Of a stretch of 64,000 nt of DNA, positions 25,759 to 43,120 are shown in pieces. Each line of letters begins with the position of its first letter. Within the stretch, counting starts at the first letter, position 1. Source of the stretch: Eledone cirrhosa (Eukaryota); NCBI GenBank assembly GCA_964016885.1, contig OZ024742.1, positions 269,638,001-269,702,000 of the forward strand, in the 5' to 3' direction. The translations under genes were made by a program, and so were the position numbers. The notes below the pieces were generated by a model that saw nothing but the letters and a program-made list of their open reading frames with translations, had not been told where the DNA came from and made no database searches.

Positions 25759-26321
25759 TTGGGATGTTTTTTTACAAACAAACCGAGCATTATAATAAAT
25801 GTTCGGTAAATCCATACGTACATATATATATATATGTGTGTGCATGTATGTATATATATATACTTACTACTGTACGTCTGTATACATATATGTATTTACG
25901 TATACATACTTATATTTAAGTAACAGCCGTACTAAGAGTGAGAAATGAAATTTCGTTTCATTTTTTCCATTTATCGTCTTCGATATGCAAATTAGTCTGC
26001 TCAGCCGTTAATATGCATAAGGAAAGTATATACTTTCAGACGTTCAATCATCTGGCAGGAAGGTATACGGTGCTGACGATAGCTAATATGCTTGAAACTA
26101 GTACATCGTTCCTTTGTCAGTGTTGAATAAAAGGCAACGATTGTTGCTAAACACTGTACGGCTTAATTCGGGATGTTTGTTTACAAACAAACCGAGCATT
26201 ATAATAAATGTTCGGTAAATCCATACGTACACATATATATATATATATATGGGTGCATGTATGTATATATATATACTTACTACTGTACGTCTGTATACAT
26301 ATATGTATGTACGTATACATA

Positions 26322-26323
<2 letters not shown>
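25759..26323 (+). mobile_element. Hammerhead-bearing non-coding repeat (retrozyme-like), ~1.3 tandem units
   Basis: GGGATGTTT..TACAAACAAACCGAGCATTATAATAAATGTTCGG recurs at 25761 and 26170 (period ~410). Confidence 0.75.
26067..26109 (+). ncRNA. Type I hammerhead ribozyme
   Basis: ACGGUG-CUGACGA-UAGC(UAAUAU)GCUU-GAA-AC(UA)GU-A-CAUCGU. Confidence 0.75.
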
Positions 26324-26382
<59 letters not shown>

Positions 26383-27718
26383 ATATATATGTGTGTGTAA
26401 TATATATATATATAAATATATATATATATATTAAAATAACAGACCACCACATGCCTACACACCTGTACACATATCTACACACAAGTACATGTACCCGCAT
26501 ATAAACATATAGACAAACCCTGTCCTATGTGGGTGTACGTACGCACACACACACATACATACACACACACACACTGACAGATACACACACCATGGATATA
26601 TATGTGTGTGTATATAGAAACGCAAACATACACATGCATACATACTCACACACGTACACATATACATATATATATGCATATACACATATATATATATACA
26701 TATATATACATATATACACATACATATATATCCACACACTTGTCTATATGTGTACACACACACATACAAACACATAGACACACACATATGCCTACGCATA
26801 TCCATATATATATATATATATTTACAAACAGGTCTGTATATGTGCGTGTATTTGTGCTTATGTCTTTGGAAGTGTGTCTGTCCGTGATGCCTATCCATAA
26901 GGATATGCGTGTATGTGCGTGCGTGTGTCTATGTATGTGTCTGAGAGTCTTTGTGTATATATGTGCAGATGTGCTCGAACGCCGATATGTGCCTGTGTAT
27001 GCGTGTACGTGTGTGTGTGCGCGGGTGTGCGCGTGTGCGTGTTTGTGGGACCGGATGTAAGTGGTTGTGTAGGCAGGCGCCAATAGGCATGTGGTGGTCT
27101 GTTTGTGGGTGTGGGTGTGCTTGGGTATGTGTAAGAGAGTGTGAGTGTGTGTGTGCATGGGGGTATGTGTGTCTACACATGTGTGCATACATAAATCTAT
27201 GCCTACGTGTGTGTATGTGTGTGTGTATAGGTGGGTACATACTCGGGAGTGTGAACAGACGTGTGAGATACCAAACCCAGCATAGCTCCATTGAAGTGTG
27301 TCGGATGGAAAATGGCTTATGACCAGCGTAGCAGTAAATAGTGTCCAGAATTTATGATGACGTAGAAAAGCAACAGCCAATGGCATGACAAGAGTGGAAG
27401 ATGTTTTTTGAAGGTGTTTTTTGATGATAACACCCCAGTGAGAAAATTTGGTCCGAAAGAATTGCATGTGTCCGAAGGAACCTGCAGCCGTAGAATCAGC
27501 CAGCGCCATACAGTGATTATGTCTCGAGCTACGTGCCGTAGAATCAATTGTAACACGCAATAAACTGAGTCCAGATGCATCACTGATTTTTCTTTTTTTT
27601 ATACCATTCACACTCTGCTCTGTAAGAATATTGAGTATTAATTTTGGCATACCGCCTATGGAAGCACCATAGCTAGCATTATACACACGTGTATATATAT
27701 ATATATATATATATATAG

Positions 27719-28008
<290 letters not shown>

Positions 28009-28245
28009 CATATATATATATAATACATTATGAAGAGAGAAGAAACATTAGATATAATTAATAAGATATACCATACTCAAATTCCTTCTTTACTCCTCGA
28101 CTCCGTAGTTTCGTGGCATATTATGCAAAAACACTACATCACAGAGATATAGAATTTTTGTGAGGTTGGCACCACTAATTCAAGGATATATGCGGATATA
28201 TTCATGTATATGTATGTGTCCGCATGTATCTGTGTGTTTCTGTAT

Positions 28246-28302
<57 letters not shown>

Positions 28303-29490
28303 GTAGATTATATTTACATAACCCCCCAAAAAACGAAAACCGACTGTAACGTTTACCGAGAGATAGATAGTATTAGCAACTGGAGTGACCGACGAAAATA
28401 TCGTTTCTTCGGTCTGATTTGACGAAAGTCGATCGATCCTTTATATATATATATAAATATATATATATATATCCAGGGAGTGTAATTTTGAGTTATAGTA
28501 GGTTCACCCGGTTGAGCACTCGATGTTTAGGTTCACTTCAGTGTCGAGGTGTAGAGCTAGACAGAGTGTATTATAGTTAAAAGATAACAGGGACGATTGT
28601 TTACTCCTTCATTACATTTATTGATTGGAGACGCGCGTTTAGTCACTGATCTGCTCAAGGTTCGATCTGTATCGATCTTACCCGACTCTGTAATCTACGG
28701 CTCGTTGGTGACCTTGTAATGTTAGTAGGAAATGAATACAGGGTGTATGATAACGTCAGAAGTTCATATGCTGGTCAATAAAGTTTGTTTTGATTGGTGG
28801 ATTAGTTAGTAGGGATGTTTTTGCCTGTAACATATGTGTATGTGTGTGGTGGGGTGATAAGATGGTCTTGACGGTCGCAGGCTGAAGTGGGCGTTGGTGT
28901 GGGGGTGCTGGTTGTCGGTAGACAGATTGGCATGTAGCTGAGGCTGAATTTTGTGTGTGTCGTGGGTATGGTGTTTTTGTTTGTGGTAATGGTGTTTATG
29001 GTGGTGTGATGAATGTGCTAGTGGTGTCAGTAAGGAGATACATACATAGATACACTTTGTCTGACAAATACGTTGTATACATACACATGTGTATATATAT
29101 AGAGAGAGAGAGCCAGTGGAGATGGCGTTGTATAAATAAATATACTTACACATAGACACACACACATGCATTGTTTTGGGAGGGATAATATGTGTTGTTG
29201 ATGTTGATGATTGTTGACGTATGGAGATGTGTCTGGTGGTGGTGGGTGCGACAATATATTAACAGGAACGAATTTTACTATGGATTACATGTTAAAAAAT
29301 GACATAGGGAATACCGGGAAAACAAGGTTGAGAATAAGGGATGGTGGACTTATATCGGTGTATATGGTAGTGGTGGTGGTGGCGATGGGGTGATATGTTC
29401 GACATTGTATTTACAGGATCGGATGTTGTATATATGTATATATGTTTATATATATATATATACATATATATATATTATATATATATATAT

Positions 29491-30364
29491 GAATACAAAT
29501 AGAGAAGGTTTAAAATGTCCTCTTCAGTAGTCCGCTGATTATCATTGGTATTTCGATGCATTAAAGACTAGATACCTAAGATCAGTGCGAGCGATAACTC
29601 AATTAAGTTATAGGGGCAGTGGGAAAACAGAGGGAAGGAAACAAACACATGGTGGTATGCAACATAAAGAGAGGAAAATAGAGACAAGTCAATGAATCAT
29701 GTGGGCTTAAGCCCGACATCTCAAATTGACGAGGAGAAATAGACACGTCCGAGTCGCGAGAAGATTGAGAGGGGAAATAAATTCAAGCCGGTCAGACGGG
29801 AAGAAGTGAGAAGGGGGAGAAGAAGAGCGGGAGTGAGTGAAAGTGGGAGGAAGTGCCAGCCGAGAGTGAGTGACCAGCAGCGAGAGTTGAGGAAGGCAAG
29901 AGGTGAATGAGAGAGAAAGGGTGATAGCAGTAAAATCACACTTTCTCTCTCCTTCACCTCTTGCCTTCCTCAACTGCCGCTGCTGGTCGCTCACTCTCGG
30001 CTGGCCCTTCCTCCCACTTTCACTCACTTCCTCTCTGCTTACCCCCTCTCACTTCCTCCCGTCTGACCTGCTTTAATTTCTTTCCTCTCTCAATCTTCTC
30101 GCGGCTCGGACGTGTCTATTTCTCCTCGTCAAATTGATATGTCGGGCTTAAGCCCACATGATTCATTGACTTGTTTCTATGTTCCCCTCTTTATGTTGCA
30201 TACCACCATGTGTTTGTTTACTTCCCTCTGTTTTCCCACTGCCCCGATAACTTAATTGAGTTATCGCTCGCACTGATTTTAGGTATCTAGTCTTTAATGC
30301 GTCGAAATAACAACGATAATCAGCAGACTACTGAAGATGACATTTTAACCCTTGTCTATTTTTA

Positions 30365-30367
<3 letters not shown>
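29491..30367. repeat. ~880-bp imperfect palindrome (fold-back)
   Basis: The arms are reverse complements throughout (e.g. GTGGGCTTAAGCCCGACAT at 29701 vs 30139). Loop near 29926-29934. Flanked by (TA)n on both sides. Confidence 0.95.
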
Positions 30368-30414
<47 letters not shown>

Positions 30415-30913
30415 CAATGGCGTGCTGCGTGGTTGCACATGTGTTAAATATGAATAACATTAGTCCTTCATCAGTGATCTTCCAACCTTCATTGGTTTTA
30501 TTCGCTTTAAAGATCATATACTTCTGGTTGCTGCGAGCAATCGCTAAGAAAGTTATTGGGACACGTAAAATAGGGTGGAGCGAGCGAGACATGTATACAT
30601 ACATAGATTGTAATGCATCGGAAAGAGAGGAAGAGAAGAGACAAGTCCGTGATATCTATGGACTTAAGTTCGGTGAAATCAAGACGAGAGGTAAAAAAAC
30701 ATCCGACCTGGGCGAGATGTGAACAAGAAAAGGATTTCACACAGGTCAAACAGGAGGAAGTGAGAGAGGGGGAGAGGCAGAGAGTGAGTGAGTGAAAGGG
30801 TGAGAAAGACGCGAGCTGAGAGATACTGACTGGCTATACCTCTGGTTGGTGCGAGCAATAATATATATATATACATATATATAAATGTAATATGAGTTTT
30901 TCGAATATTAATC

Positions 30914-31097
30914 ATTGTTTCTGCATTTGGCACAAGGTCAGTAATTACCCAGTGCATTACTGGTACTTCATTTTATCGACCCCGTAAGGATGAAAGGCTA
31001 AGTTAACCTCGGCGGGATTTGAACTCAGAATGGCAGGGGCCGTAACTCTATGTTTCAAAGCATGGCGTCTCACCCACTACCCATACTGCCAATCCAT
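30914..31097 (-). mobile_element. SINE (Meta/MESC-type)
   Basis: Reverse-complement copy: GGTACTTCATTTTATCGACCCCGTAAGGATGAAAGGC..GGGATTTGAACTC. Confidence 0.85.
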
Positions 31098-31328
31098 CAA
31101 TTCGTTTGCAATTTTGCAAACAAGACTCAATTGTATAGCCATGTCAGTAGAATGAACACTTCATTCTTGCTCTTGTTCAACTGTTCAGCTTCCAACTGTC
31201 AGAGCCAGTGAAAATATATGGTATGTTCTAAAATATACAGTGACTGATCGGTCTGATTTGAATATTAGCAGACTGGCTGATCAGTCACAAACATTAGTAT
31301 CTACAGTTCTGTTCGCAAGAGCAATAAT

Positions 31329-31646
31329 GAAGACCTTACGCTATTGTTTTAAAGTAGTGACTATGTCACTTACTTCTTTTTTCAACAAACAAATGGAGAT
31401 AAGCTGACAGATCTCTGTTTAATACTATTGGTATTCTTCAGAGCTTAGTATTCCCCTTGTTTGTTGAAAATTATGAATGTTGGATTCTTATAGAATTCCA
31501 GTAATAATCAGGAACTGATTATACAGAGCGGTTGCCGGTCCTGCAAAAATTGAAAATTAGAATCGATGCTCTGTAATAGCGATCTATATATGAATGTATA
31601 TATAGTGTATTTTGCAATACACTGTATGCTTAATTAAAAGCATTTT
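31329..31646 (-). mobile_element. ~318-bp hammerhead-bearing unit (hammerhead 31400-31447), circularly permuted relative to 35589-35858
   Basis: Reverse complement: UAAGCU-CUGAAGA-AUAC(CAAUA)GUAU-UAA-ACAG(AGAU)CUGU-C-AGCUUA; G12 is mutated. Confidence 0.7.
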
Positions 31647-32749
31647 TTTTTAACTTCGGTGGGTGATTTTTAAAGATTCCTGGTTAACTTTCCTGGAGAA
31701 CTTTCACGGATTCGTCGGTGGCGATTGTCAAACTGAGAACTGGTTGTGTTGCGATGTGTGACTCTAAATATAAGAAAGATATGTATGTGCCTGGGGGGGG
31801 GGGGGTTAATGTGCGTGGGAGTGAAGGAGTGTTGATGAAGATTTAAAGGAATTAAAGCATACACATATACACACAAGTATATACACATATACATATATAC
31901 ACAGAAAATGGTGAATGGTGACAGGAAGATAATGGAATGGGAGTGCTATTGGGTTTTTTTATAAAGCGTGTTTAAGAAAGGGGTGTAAAAGGGACCACCT
32001 GCTGTTTCCATTTCAATAAATGACCTTTGAAGAGTATAATGCCAGGATGTTTTTCAAATTCGTTTCTTAAAACTGAATCAACTCTCTTAAGTTTATAAAT
32101 AATACCTTCAACCATTTTCTATATTAAAGATGAATTTAGGTGTATGTCTGGCGGTGGGGTTAATGAGGTGTAAGATACATGTCTTTTGATAAGAAAGGGA
32201 TCACAGCAAAGAGAAGAATAAGGATAGTTTTAGAATATTTGTCAGAAATGTATGTTGTTGATATTGGTTTGGTAGGGGAGTTGGTGGGGGTGGGACATGT
32301 TAGGACACATATTCACTTCCTTACATGTAAACATACTTACAGCCCATACACACACATACACACATGCACACACATACACACACATATACACATATATATA
32401 TACACACATGCACACACATATATACATATATATATATACATACACAAGCACATACATAAATATATCATATATACATACACATGCACACATACATACACAC
32501 ATGTATACACAAAACTGTACACCTACACACATACATACAAACACATATACACACACATCTATTCGAGTATTTCAGTTCACATATACATTGGAGTGGGGAA
32601 TTAATGAAATATAAGTGTACCTCTGATCGTTTTTCTTCTCTTCAATGATCAAATGTTTGAAAGTGCGGGTGTCATTAACTTCTAGTTCAATAATTTTCTT
32701 TTTACAATAGGCGATTTTTTAAAGAAAAGAGAGAGGGGAGAAAATCCCG

Positions 32750-33650
32750 TTATTTGAAGATGGAATATCATTTTTTGTGTTCAGTATTTTCGGAAATTTT
32801 CGTTTTCCGTCCATATCTTAAAGAAAGGGAAAATTGTGGATTTTCCCTTTGCCCATGTTGCGTAGTGTACATCGTTTATGTATTCGAACTCTTTCATGAG
32901 TGCATTCATTTTAGGGGACTGCTGGAGAATCGGGATATATTGTTTAGCGGCTTTCACAATGCTGAAGGTCTTCTGCTTGAGTGTAATGACAAAAGGGCTA
33001 ACTGTTTTTTCCATTTTATTTTGTTACTTTTTTTTTCTGTGTTGTCACTTGGATGTTCTGGGCTTGTAGATGAGGTTCACCGGATACTCCTGTCTTTTAA
33101 GGAACACTTTTACTTCATATAATATTTTTCTTGTAGTCCGCGGTGTGTTACTATGGTGTAAATGCGTCTTGCCATGTTAAAGGGAATGTTCCTTTTGGTA
33201 TGTGATGGTTTGCTGATCGGAAATTCAAGTATTGGTGTGTGTCTGTTGGTTTATAAAATTGGTCCGTTTTTATATTTTCCCCTTCTTTAATGATAAGGAT
33301 ATCCAGAAACGGTATTTCATTTTTATAACATTCCATGGTAAATTATACTGCTTCATGAAGCCTGTTTATGCTGGAATTGAATCTTTGCAGGTCTTCTTGG
33401 CTTCAATTCCAGAATATGAAGTTATCGTCTAGGTAGCATTTCCAGTTGTGATTAATGTAGGTGGCAAAGTCATGACTGAATGTTTCCTGCAGTTGGGAAT
33501 ACCATTTTGCCTCTGGGTGTCCCTTAACAAATGTTGCATATATTGAGGCCACTTTGGTGCCTATGGCCGTTCCTTTTATTTGTAAATACAGTTCGTTGTG
33601 AAAAAGGAAGTGGTTCTTTTCCAATACTAATTTAAGTCCTTCAAAAATAA
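32750..33650 (-). mobile_element. Degenerate PLE reverse transcriptase (Neptune-like)
   Basis: LKLVLEKNHFLFHNELYLQIKGTAIGTKVASIYA, WKCYLDDNFIFW and IPFLDILI..FYKPTDTHQYLNFRS. May extend to ~31900. Confidence 0.85.
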
Positions 33651-34439
33651 ATATCACACACGTACAAAGCCAAAGAAATTTGTTTCGCCAAAAAATTAGT
33701 GAATGGAATGGAAACACCCATGGTTCATCAGCGTGTGTTAAGTGTATACATTCCAGACAACCCTGGGAAAATGTTGGCGGCGAAACAAATCTCTTTGGAT
33801 TTGTACGTGTGTGATATATAGTTATAGATGTGGGTAAATTCATTTTGATTTATATTTTTAATTATTATGTGTCTACCTCACCTTTCATAGTTTATAGATT
33901 CCATTCACCGGGGTGGTTTTCCCTGTATATTGATAAATACACACACTCTCGCTCTCTCGTGTGTTATCCTTTCTACATATTATATATATATACATGTACA
34001 TATATATATATATATATATATGTTACTAGATATTAATTCTTTATAATTATCTCCAAATTATTTGTCGAGCAATATTGGCCAAGACTGCTGCTATGGTAGC
34101 AGGCAGGCCGCTGTCTTGTTAGCAAACCACTTTCCACTGATTGACCTCGATGTCACGTGATTGATTCTTTTTGAATTTGTCACCGACGCAGAGGCAGTGA
34201 TTTTCTCAATGGCTAGGAATTCAGTCCACGCTTTGCTATTTTCTATCCACTGAATTATTTTTGAATAAGTTTCCAGAGTCCACGCCTTGCCTGGATACTT
34301 AGCTGAGAATAGTCTTCCCTGACGACGAAATGATTCTCCCTGTTTTCTTCGGAAAGTATATTTGTTCCATTTCAGAAACTAATTAGTTGGAAGTGATATT
34401 TTAGTAAGTAAGTTAATTTCATAATTTTCTTATTTTACG

Positions 34440-34641
<202 letters not shown>

Positions 34642-34832
34642 ATGTGTGACGGAACATGGCTGAGTAATAGGAGTATTGGAATCGCGTCCCTGCTTCTACC
34701 GGGAGTTGCGACCGAGTATTAGCAATTTGAAAGATCAACGGAAATATTGTTTCCACGGTCCGATTAAACGAAAGCCGATCGAGTCTCGATATATATCTAC
34801 ATCTATTTCTTTCTCTGTCTATCTCTCTTATA

Positions 34833-35530
34833 TACTAGCAGTTGTACTCGGTCTTGCCAGGGTTTTTCTTTTCAAATCTTGATATATGATATTAATACTT
34901 TGGGATTACTGATTCGAACATAATTGGCATAACAAATTCTGTGTGATAAACAAAAATAATGAATTCGAAATAGAAAACCCATAAAAGTAAATTATGATAA
35001 CAATTCGGTAAAGCTTTAGAACTGCTCCTAGATTTTTGTTGGAAATAATATTTTTACTTGGTTTCTTCGAGAGCTATCAATTAATCTAATTCGGACTATG
35101 CTGCAAATGATTTTCCTCGGAAAACGGGAGGAGAACAGAGAGTGGATCATCGGACATTTCCCCTCCCATGGAGTTTTATTTCAAGAATTTTTTTTGCTGG
35201 ATTCACTAACGTTATACCTAACCATGTCCTGAAACGTAACTTACTTCAGACGTATAATTTTCGGAGAGGGTTCAGAAACGGTAAAATATCAACAGGTATG
35301 TGGTAGCTCGACATGCTAGAATAGTAGCCAAATCAGTTAGTTTTCTTAGAAAAGGAATTGATTTTGCGTGATTTCGAAGTCAAATCCGTTTTCACGTAAT
35401 GTGGAAGTCAGATTCATTGCCCTAGCTTTGCGAAACATTCTACCAAATGAAGGTCTACTCACTGAAAATTTGACTCCACTGTTAAAGTTGTTTGTTGTTT
35501 ACGAAAACTGAAATAAAGTTAATGCAAACT
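34833..35530 (+). mobile_element. Helitron-like interspersed repeat (sister copy of 8944-9600)
   Basis: Starts ATACTAGCAGTTGTACTCGGTCTTGCCAGGG; colinear homology to 8944-9600. Confidence 0.5.
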
Positions 35531-35553
35531 CTCTACCTCTCCTGTCCCTCCCC

Positions 35554-35588
<35 letters not shown>

Positions 35589-35591
<3 letters not shown>

Positions 35592-35858
35592 GAATGTATA
35601 TATAGTGTATTTTGCAATACACTGTATGCATAATTAAAAGCATTTTGAAGACATTACACTATTGTTTTAAAGTAGTGACTATGTCACTTACTACTTTTTT
35701 CAACAAGCAAAGGAAAATAAGGTGGCAGATCTCTGTTTCATACTGTTGGTATTCCTCAGAACTTAGTACACCCCTTGTTTCTTGCAAATTATGAATGTTG
35801 GATTCTATAGAGTTCCATTAATAATCAGGAACTGATTATACAGAGCGATTGCCGTTCC
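35589..35858 (-). mobile_element. Second copy of the ~318-bp hammerhead unit (hammerhead 35718-35765)
   Basis: Reverse complement: CUGAGGA-AUAC(CAACA)GUAU-GAAACAG(AGAU)CUGCC. Homologous to 31329-31646. Confidence 0.7.
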
Positions 35859-35935
35859 AGATTGATATTTTTAGTTTCAGAAGATCTCGTTAGGGGCCAA
35901 AGCAGCGATTCTTTGCTTAAACTTTAATCTGTTAT

Positions 35936-38493
<2,558 letters not shown>

Positions 38494-38529
38494 GTGTACA
38501 GATATCTTTGCATTCACAATAACAAAATA

Positions 38530-39502
<973 letters not shown>

Positions 39503-39943
39503 GGCAATTCAGAATATAAAGCACCTGTGCTCTATGTATAGATAAGAGGTATAAAAATATATAAATATATTTTGTTGTTGAAAGAATGTGATAAAGGCAA
39601 AGGAAAAACGAGTGCTCTATGCATAGAACAGGGCTATAAAACATATATGTTGTTGTTGAAAATATGTGATAATGGTCCAGGGTGGTTAAAAAAGAGAGAA
39701 GTTCAGGAAAAGATGTAGTTAATAAGTGAATAATATAAGTGTAAAATAAAATAAATGTAAATAAAATAAATGTTTAATAGGTAAAAATGTTCTAATTAAA
39801 TAGCTCTGTTCTATACATAGAGCACTCTGTTTTTCCTTTGCTTTTCCTTCGGAATTACCTAACACACACACACAATATATATATAACATGTTTTTAATTA
39901 AATGTGGAGTATATTGCCAAATATACTATACATACATTCATAC

Positions 39944-39977
<34 letters not shown>

Positions 39978-39982
39978 GCATG

Positions 39983-40070
<88 letters not shown>

Positions 40071-40147
40071 ATGAATGCCCCCTCGTTATTGAGTATGGCC
40101 ATTGCACAATAAACCATTATTAATTATTATTAATTAATTATATCTAA

Positions 40148-40336
40148 GGGCGGTGTATTGGCAGTATCGGTAGAGGGTCCGATGCCATGCTTTCCAGCAT
40201 AGTTACGTCCCTTAACGATATGAGTTCAAGTCCCGCTGAGGTTAACTTTGCCTTTCATCCTTGCGGGGTCGATAAAATAAAGTACCAGTAATGCACTGGT
40301 TAATTGCTGGCCTTGTGCCAAAAAGTAGAAACAATT
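40148..40336 (+). mobile_element. SINE (Meta/MESC-type)
   Basis: Full-length copy; TSD TTAATTAATTATATC. Confidence 0.85.
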
Positions 40337-40960
40337 AATTAATTATATCGTGTAATGCCTGTGCGTGAAGATATTTTTTAAAGTGAGGAAAGACTGTGCA
40401 CTGAGCCAATCCCACTCTCTGCGCGACAGTAGCTATAACCCGAAAAGAAGAAAAGATCAACATCATCCGTAACTACTGAGCCGCATGTTTTATATCGGAG
40501 TTATACCAGTTTCCTGAATTGCCTTGCCCTAGAAGAATGCCCTGACAAACGCTAGGAGACCTTTACTCCCAGTGGTTTAACCGCGCGATTAGGTGTCCAG
40601 CCTGACTATTTCTAGGTCGCCGCGCATATGCATACATATGTACATGTGTATATACATATTCACACAGTTTGGGATGGCCGTCGACTTTTATGAGTTCTTC
40701 CGCCATTTGTCAGATTTTGTTTTTTGTCTAAAATCACCCTCCTCACCAAGTAAACTTGGTGGGGTTGCCGGTTTAGACGCCGACGAGCCAACCATACGAC
40801 AGGTTATACTGTGTTACATGTTACCAGTAGCACTCAAGAGTATATATATGTGTGTGTGTGTCTGTTTGTGTGTTTGTGAGTTTTGTGTTTGTGAGTGAGT
40901 GTGTGTGTGTGTATATATATATATATGTGAGAAAAACCACAGACCCTCCATCTCAACTCA

Positions 40961-40998
40961 CCTTTTGAAAAGCAGAAGAAATGCGAAACCGGTAAAGG
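40961..40998 (+). ncRNA. Hammerhead ribozyme with a U3-A8 covariant core
   Basis: CCUU-UUGAAAA-GCA(GAAGAAA)UGC-GAA-AC(CG)GU-A-AAGG. Confidence 0.65.
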
Positions 40999-41128
40999 AA
41001 TCAAATAAATATATATATTTTTAAAAAAATAAGACTTCAGTTGCATTTTCGATTTCATCCCTTTTTCTTTATACTTCCACTCGTGTAGGACACCTCGGTT
41101 ATTTTTCATTTTGTAAAAAAAACCTCAC

Positions 41129-41180
<52 letters not shown>

Positions 41181-41181
<1 letters not shown>

Positions 41182-41298
41182 AGTTGTAATGGAATGAAAC
41201 GAAATTTCATTTCTCACTTTTAGTACGTCACTTACTTAAATGTAAGTATGTATGTATACGCACATACATATATGTATACAGACGTACAGTAGCATGCA

Positions 41299-41331
<33 letters not shown>

Positions 41332-41976
41332 TCATACAGGTACACATATATATATATGTACGTATCAGTTTAGCGGACGTTTATTATAACGCCCGCTTTG
41401 TCCGTTTGTAAACAAACGGACAGCCTGATTTATGCCGTACGGTGTTAAGGCAACCACGTCACCTTTTTGTTCAACACTGACACAGGAACGATGTACTAGT
41501 TTCAAGCTTCTTAGCTATCATCAGCACCGTATACCCTTCTGCCAGATGGTTGAACATTCGGAAGTATATACTTTCCTTATGAAAATTAACGGCTGAGCAG
41601 CCTAATTTGCATATCGAGTGAGTTCAGTCGGCCAGGCGTACCGAAAACGATAAGTTGTAATGGCCGACTGAACTCACTCGATATGCAAATTAGGCTGCTC
41701 AGCCGTTAATTTTCATAAGGAAAGTATATACTTTCGAACGTTCAACCATCTGGCAGAAGGGTATACGGTGCTGATGATAGCTAAGAAGCTTGAAACTAGT
41801 ACATCGTTCCTGTGTCAGTGTTGAACAAAAAGTTGACGTGGTTGCCTTAACACCGTACGGCATAAATCAGGCTGTCCGTTTGTTTACAGACGGACAAAGC
41901 GGGCGTTATAATAAACGTCCGCTAAACTGATACGCACATATATATATGTGTACCTGTATGTATATATATGTATATT

Positions 41977-42038
<62 letters not shown>

Positions 42039-42091
42039 TGCTACTGTACGTCTGTATACATATATGTATGTGCGTATACATACATACTTAC

Positions 42092-42092
<1 letters not shown>
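41181..42092. mobile_element. Head-to-head inverted pair of the ~435-bp hammerhead repeat (hammerheads 41488-41530 on -, 41765-41807 on +)
   Basis: ACGGUG-CUGAUGA-U-AGCU(AAGA)AGCU-U-GAAACUAGUA-CAUCGU on both arms. The arms are nearly identical around a junction at ~41635-41661. Confidence 0.85.
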
Positions 42093-42131
<39 letters not shown>

Positions 42132-42304
42132 ATACATATATATATATATATATTAAATAGGTAAACAAGATTCAATGGGTACATCAAAGAATGAGTTTTA
42201 CAGTAGAATTGAAGCACTCTACAATAATAAAAAAAAATATTTCCCAGAGGTATTAATATTAAATTCAAATATTAACAAAATAGATGTTCTTGTGATCAAT
42301 TAAG

Positions 42305-43010
42305 TTTTATTATACATATTTCAGAGGTGCTTGAATCAGCTTCAACAGTACGTCCTCATCAGATAAAATAAAATGATACATGACATACCCTGACATGTTA
42401 GATGATCTAGATTTAATCAAGGTAGTGATTAACTTATGAGAAAACTCAATATTTATACCCTAATAATGAGAACATTCGAAAACGTAATAGAATCAATAGA
42501 GAAGGTGGGAGTAAGAAAAACATTGCTTTAATGTAACAGTTATAGAGTTTTAAACTCTGGGACACTACAGTAGGATTATAGAGGAAGACGTCTCTGGAGT
42601 TATAATTTTTTTTAGTTTTCAGCTTGAGAAAGCAACTGATAGATAATTAAAGAGAGGGAGAGATAAAGGCGTGTAATTTATGCAAACATTTTCATCGGAC
42701 ACATATAGCCTTGGCAGTTAAATTTCAAAATATTTAATTTATGTTATTTTAGGGTGAAGAATCATAATTTTAGGTTTTAAAAGTTGATGGTTATTTGTAT
42801 TAATTTTATAAATTTTATAAATTTTATAAATGTGTTACATTTCTAAAATTCGAAGTTTTATGAAAACAAATTTCAAGGATTTACTAGGCCCGCGAAAGAA
42901 AAATATATACTGTTCAATATTCACACAAAGGTAATCTTTAACAAAATTACTTGTAACAGTGTCAACATTTTCAGCATGTATAATTTATGAAGTACTTTCT
43001 GTTATATATA
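42305..43010 (-). mobile_element. Probable PLE 3' UTR with a terminal hammerhead (42305-42368); inverted sister copy at 52565-53191
   Basis: Reverse complement: UUUUAU-CUGAUGA-GGACG...UUGAA/UUCAA...CCUCU-GAA-AUA(UG)UAU-A-AUAAAA. 42374-43010 is the reverse complement of 52565-53191. Confidence 0.6.
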
Positions 43011-43120
43011 TTGCTTACTGTTATATATATTGCTTATATATATTGCTCCCTATTGGTTGAACGCTTTTCTATACAATAGATTGCATTTTCATTTCATTTC
43101 ATTTGAGTTTGAGTCCTTGC

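Noticed and set aside
30295-30346. Possible type II hammerhead (GUC-GAAA...CUGAAGA-U-GAC) in the palindrome arms
   Set aside because: Stem I does not pair in either arm.
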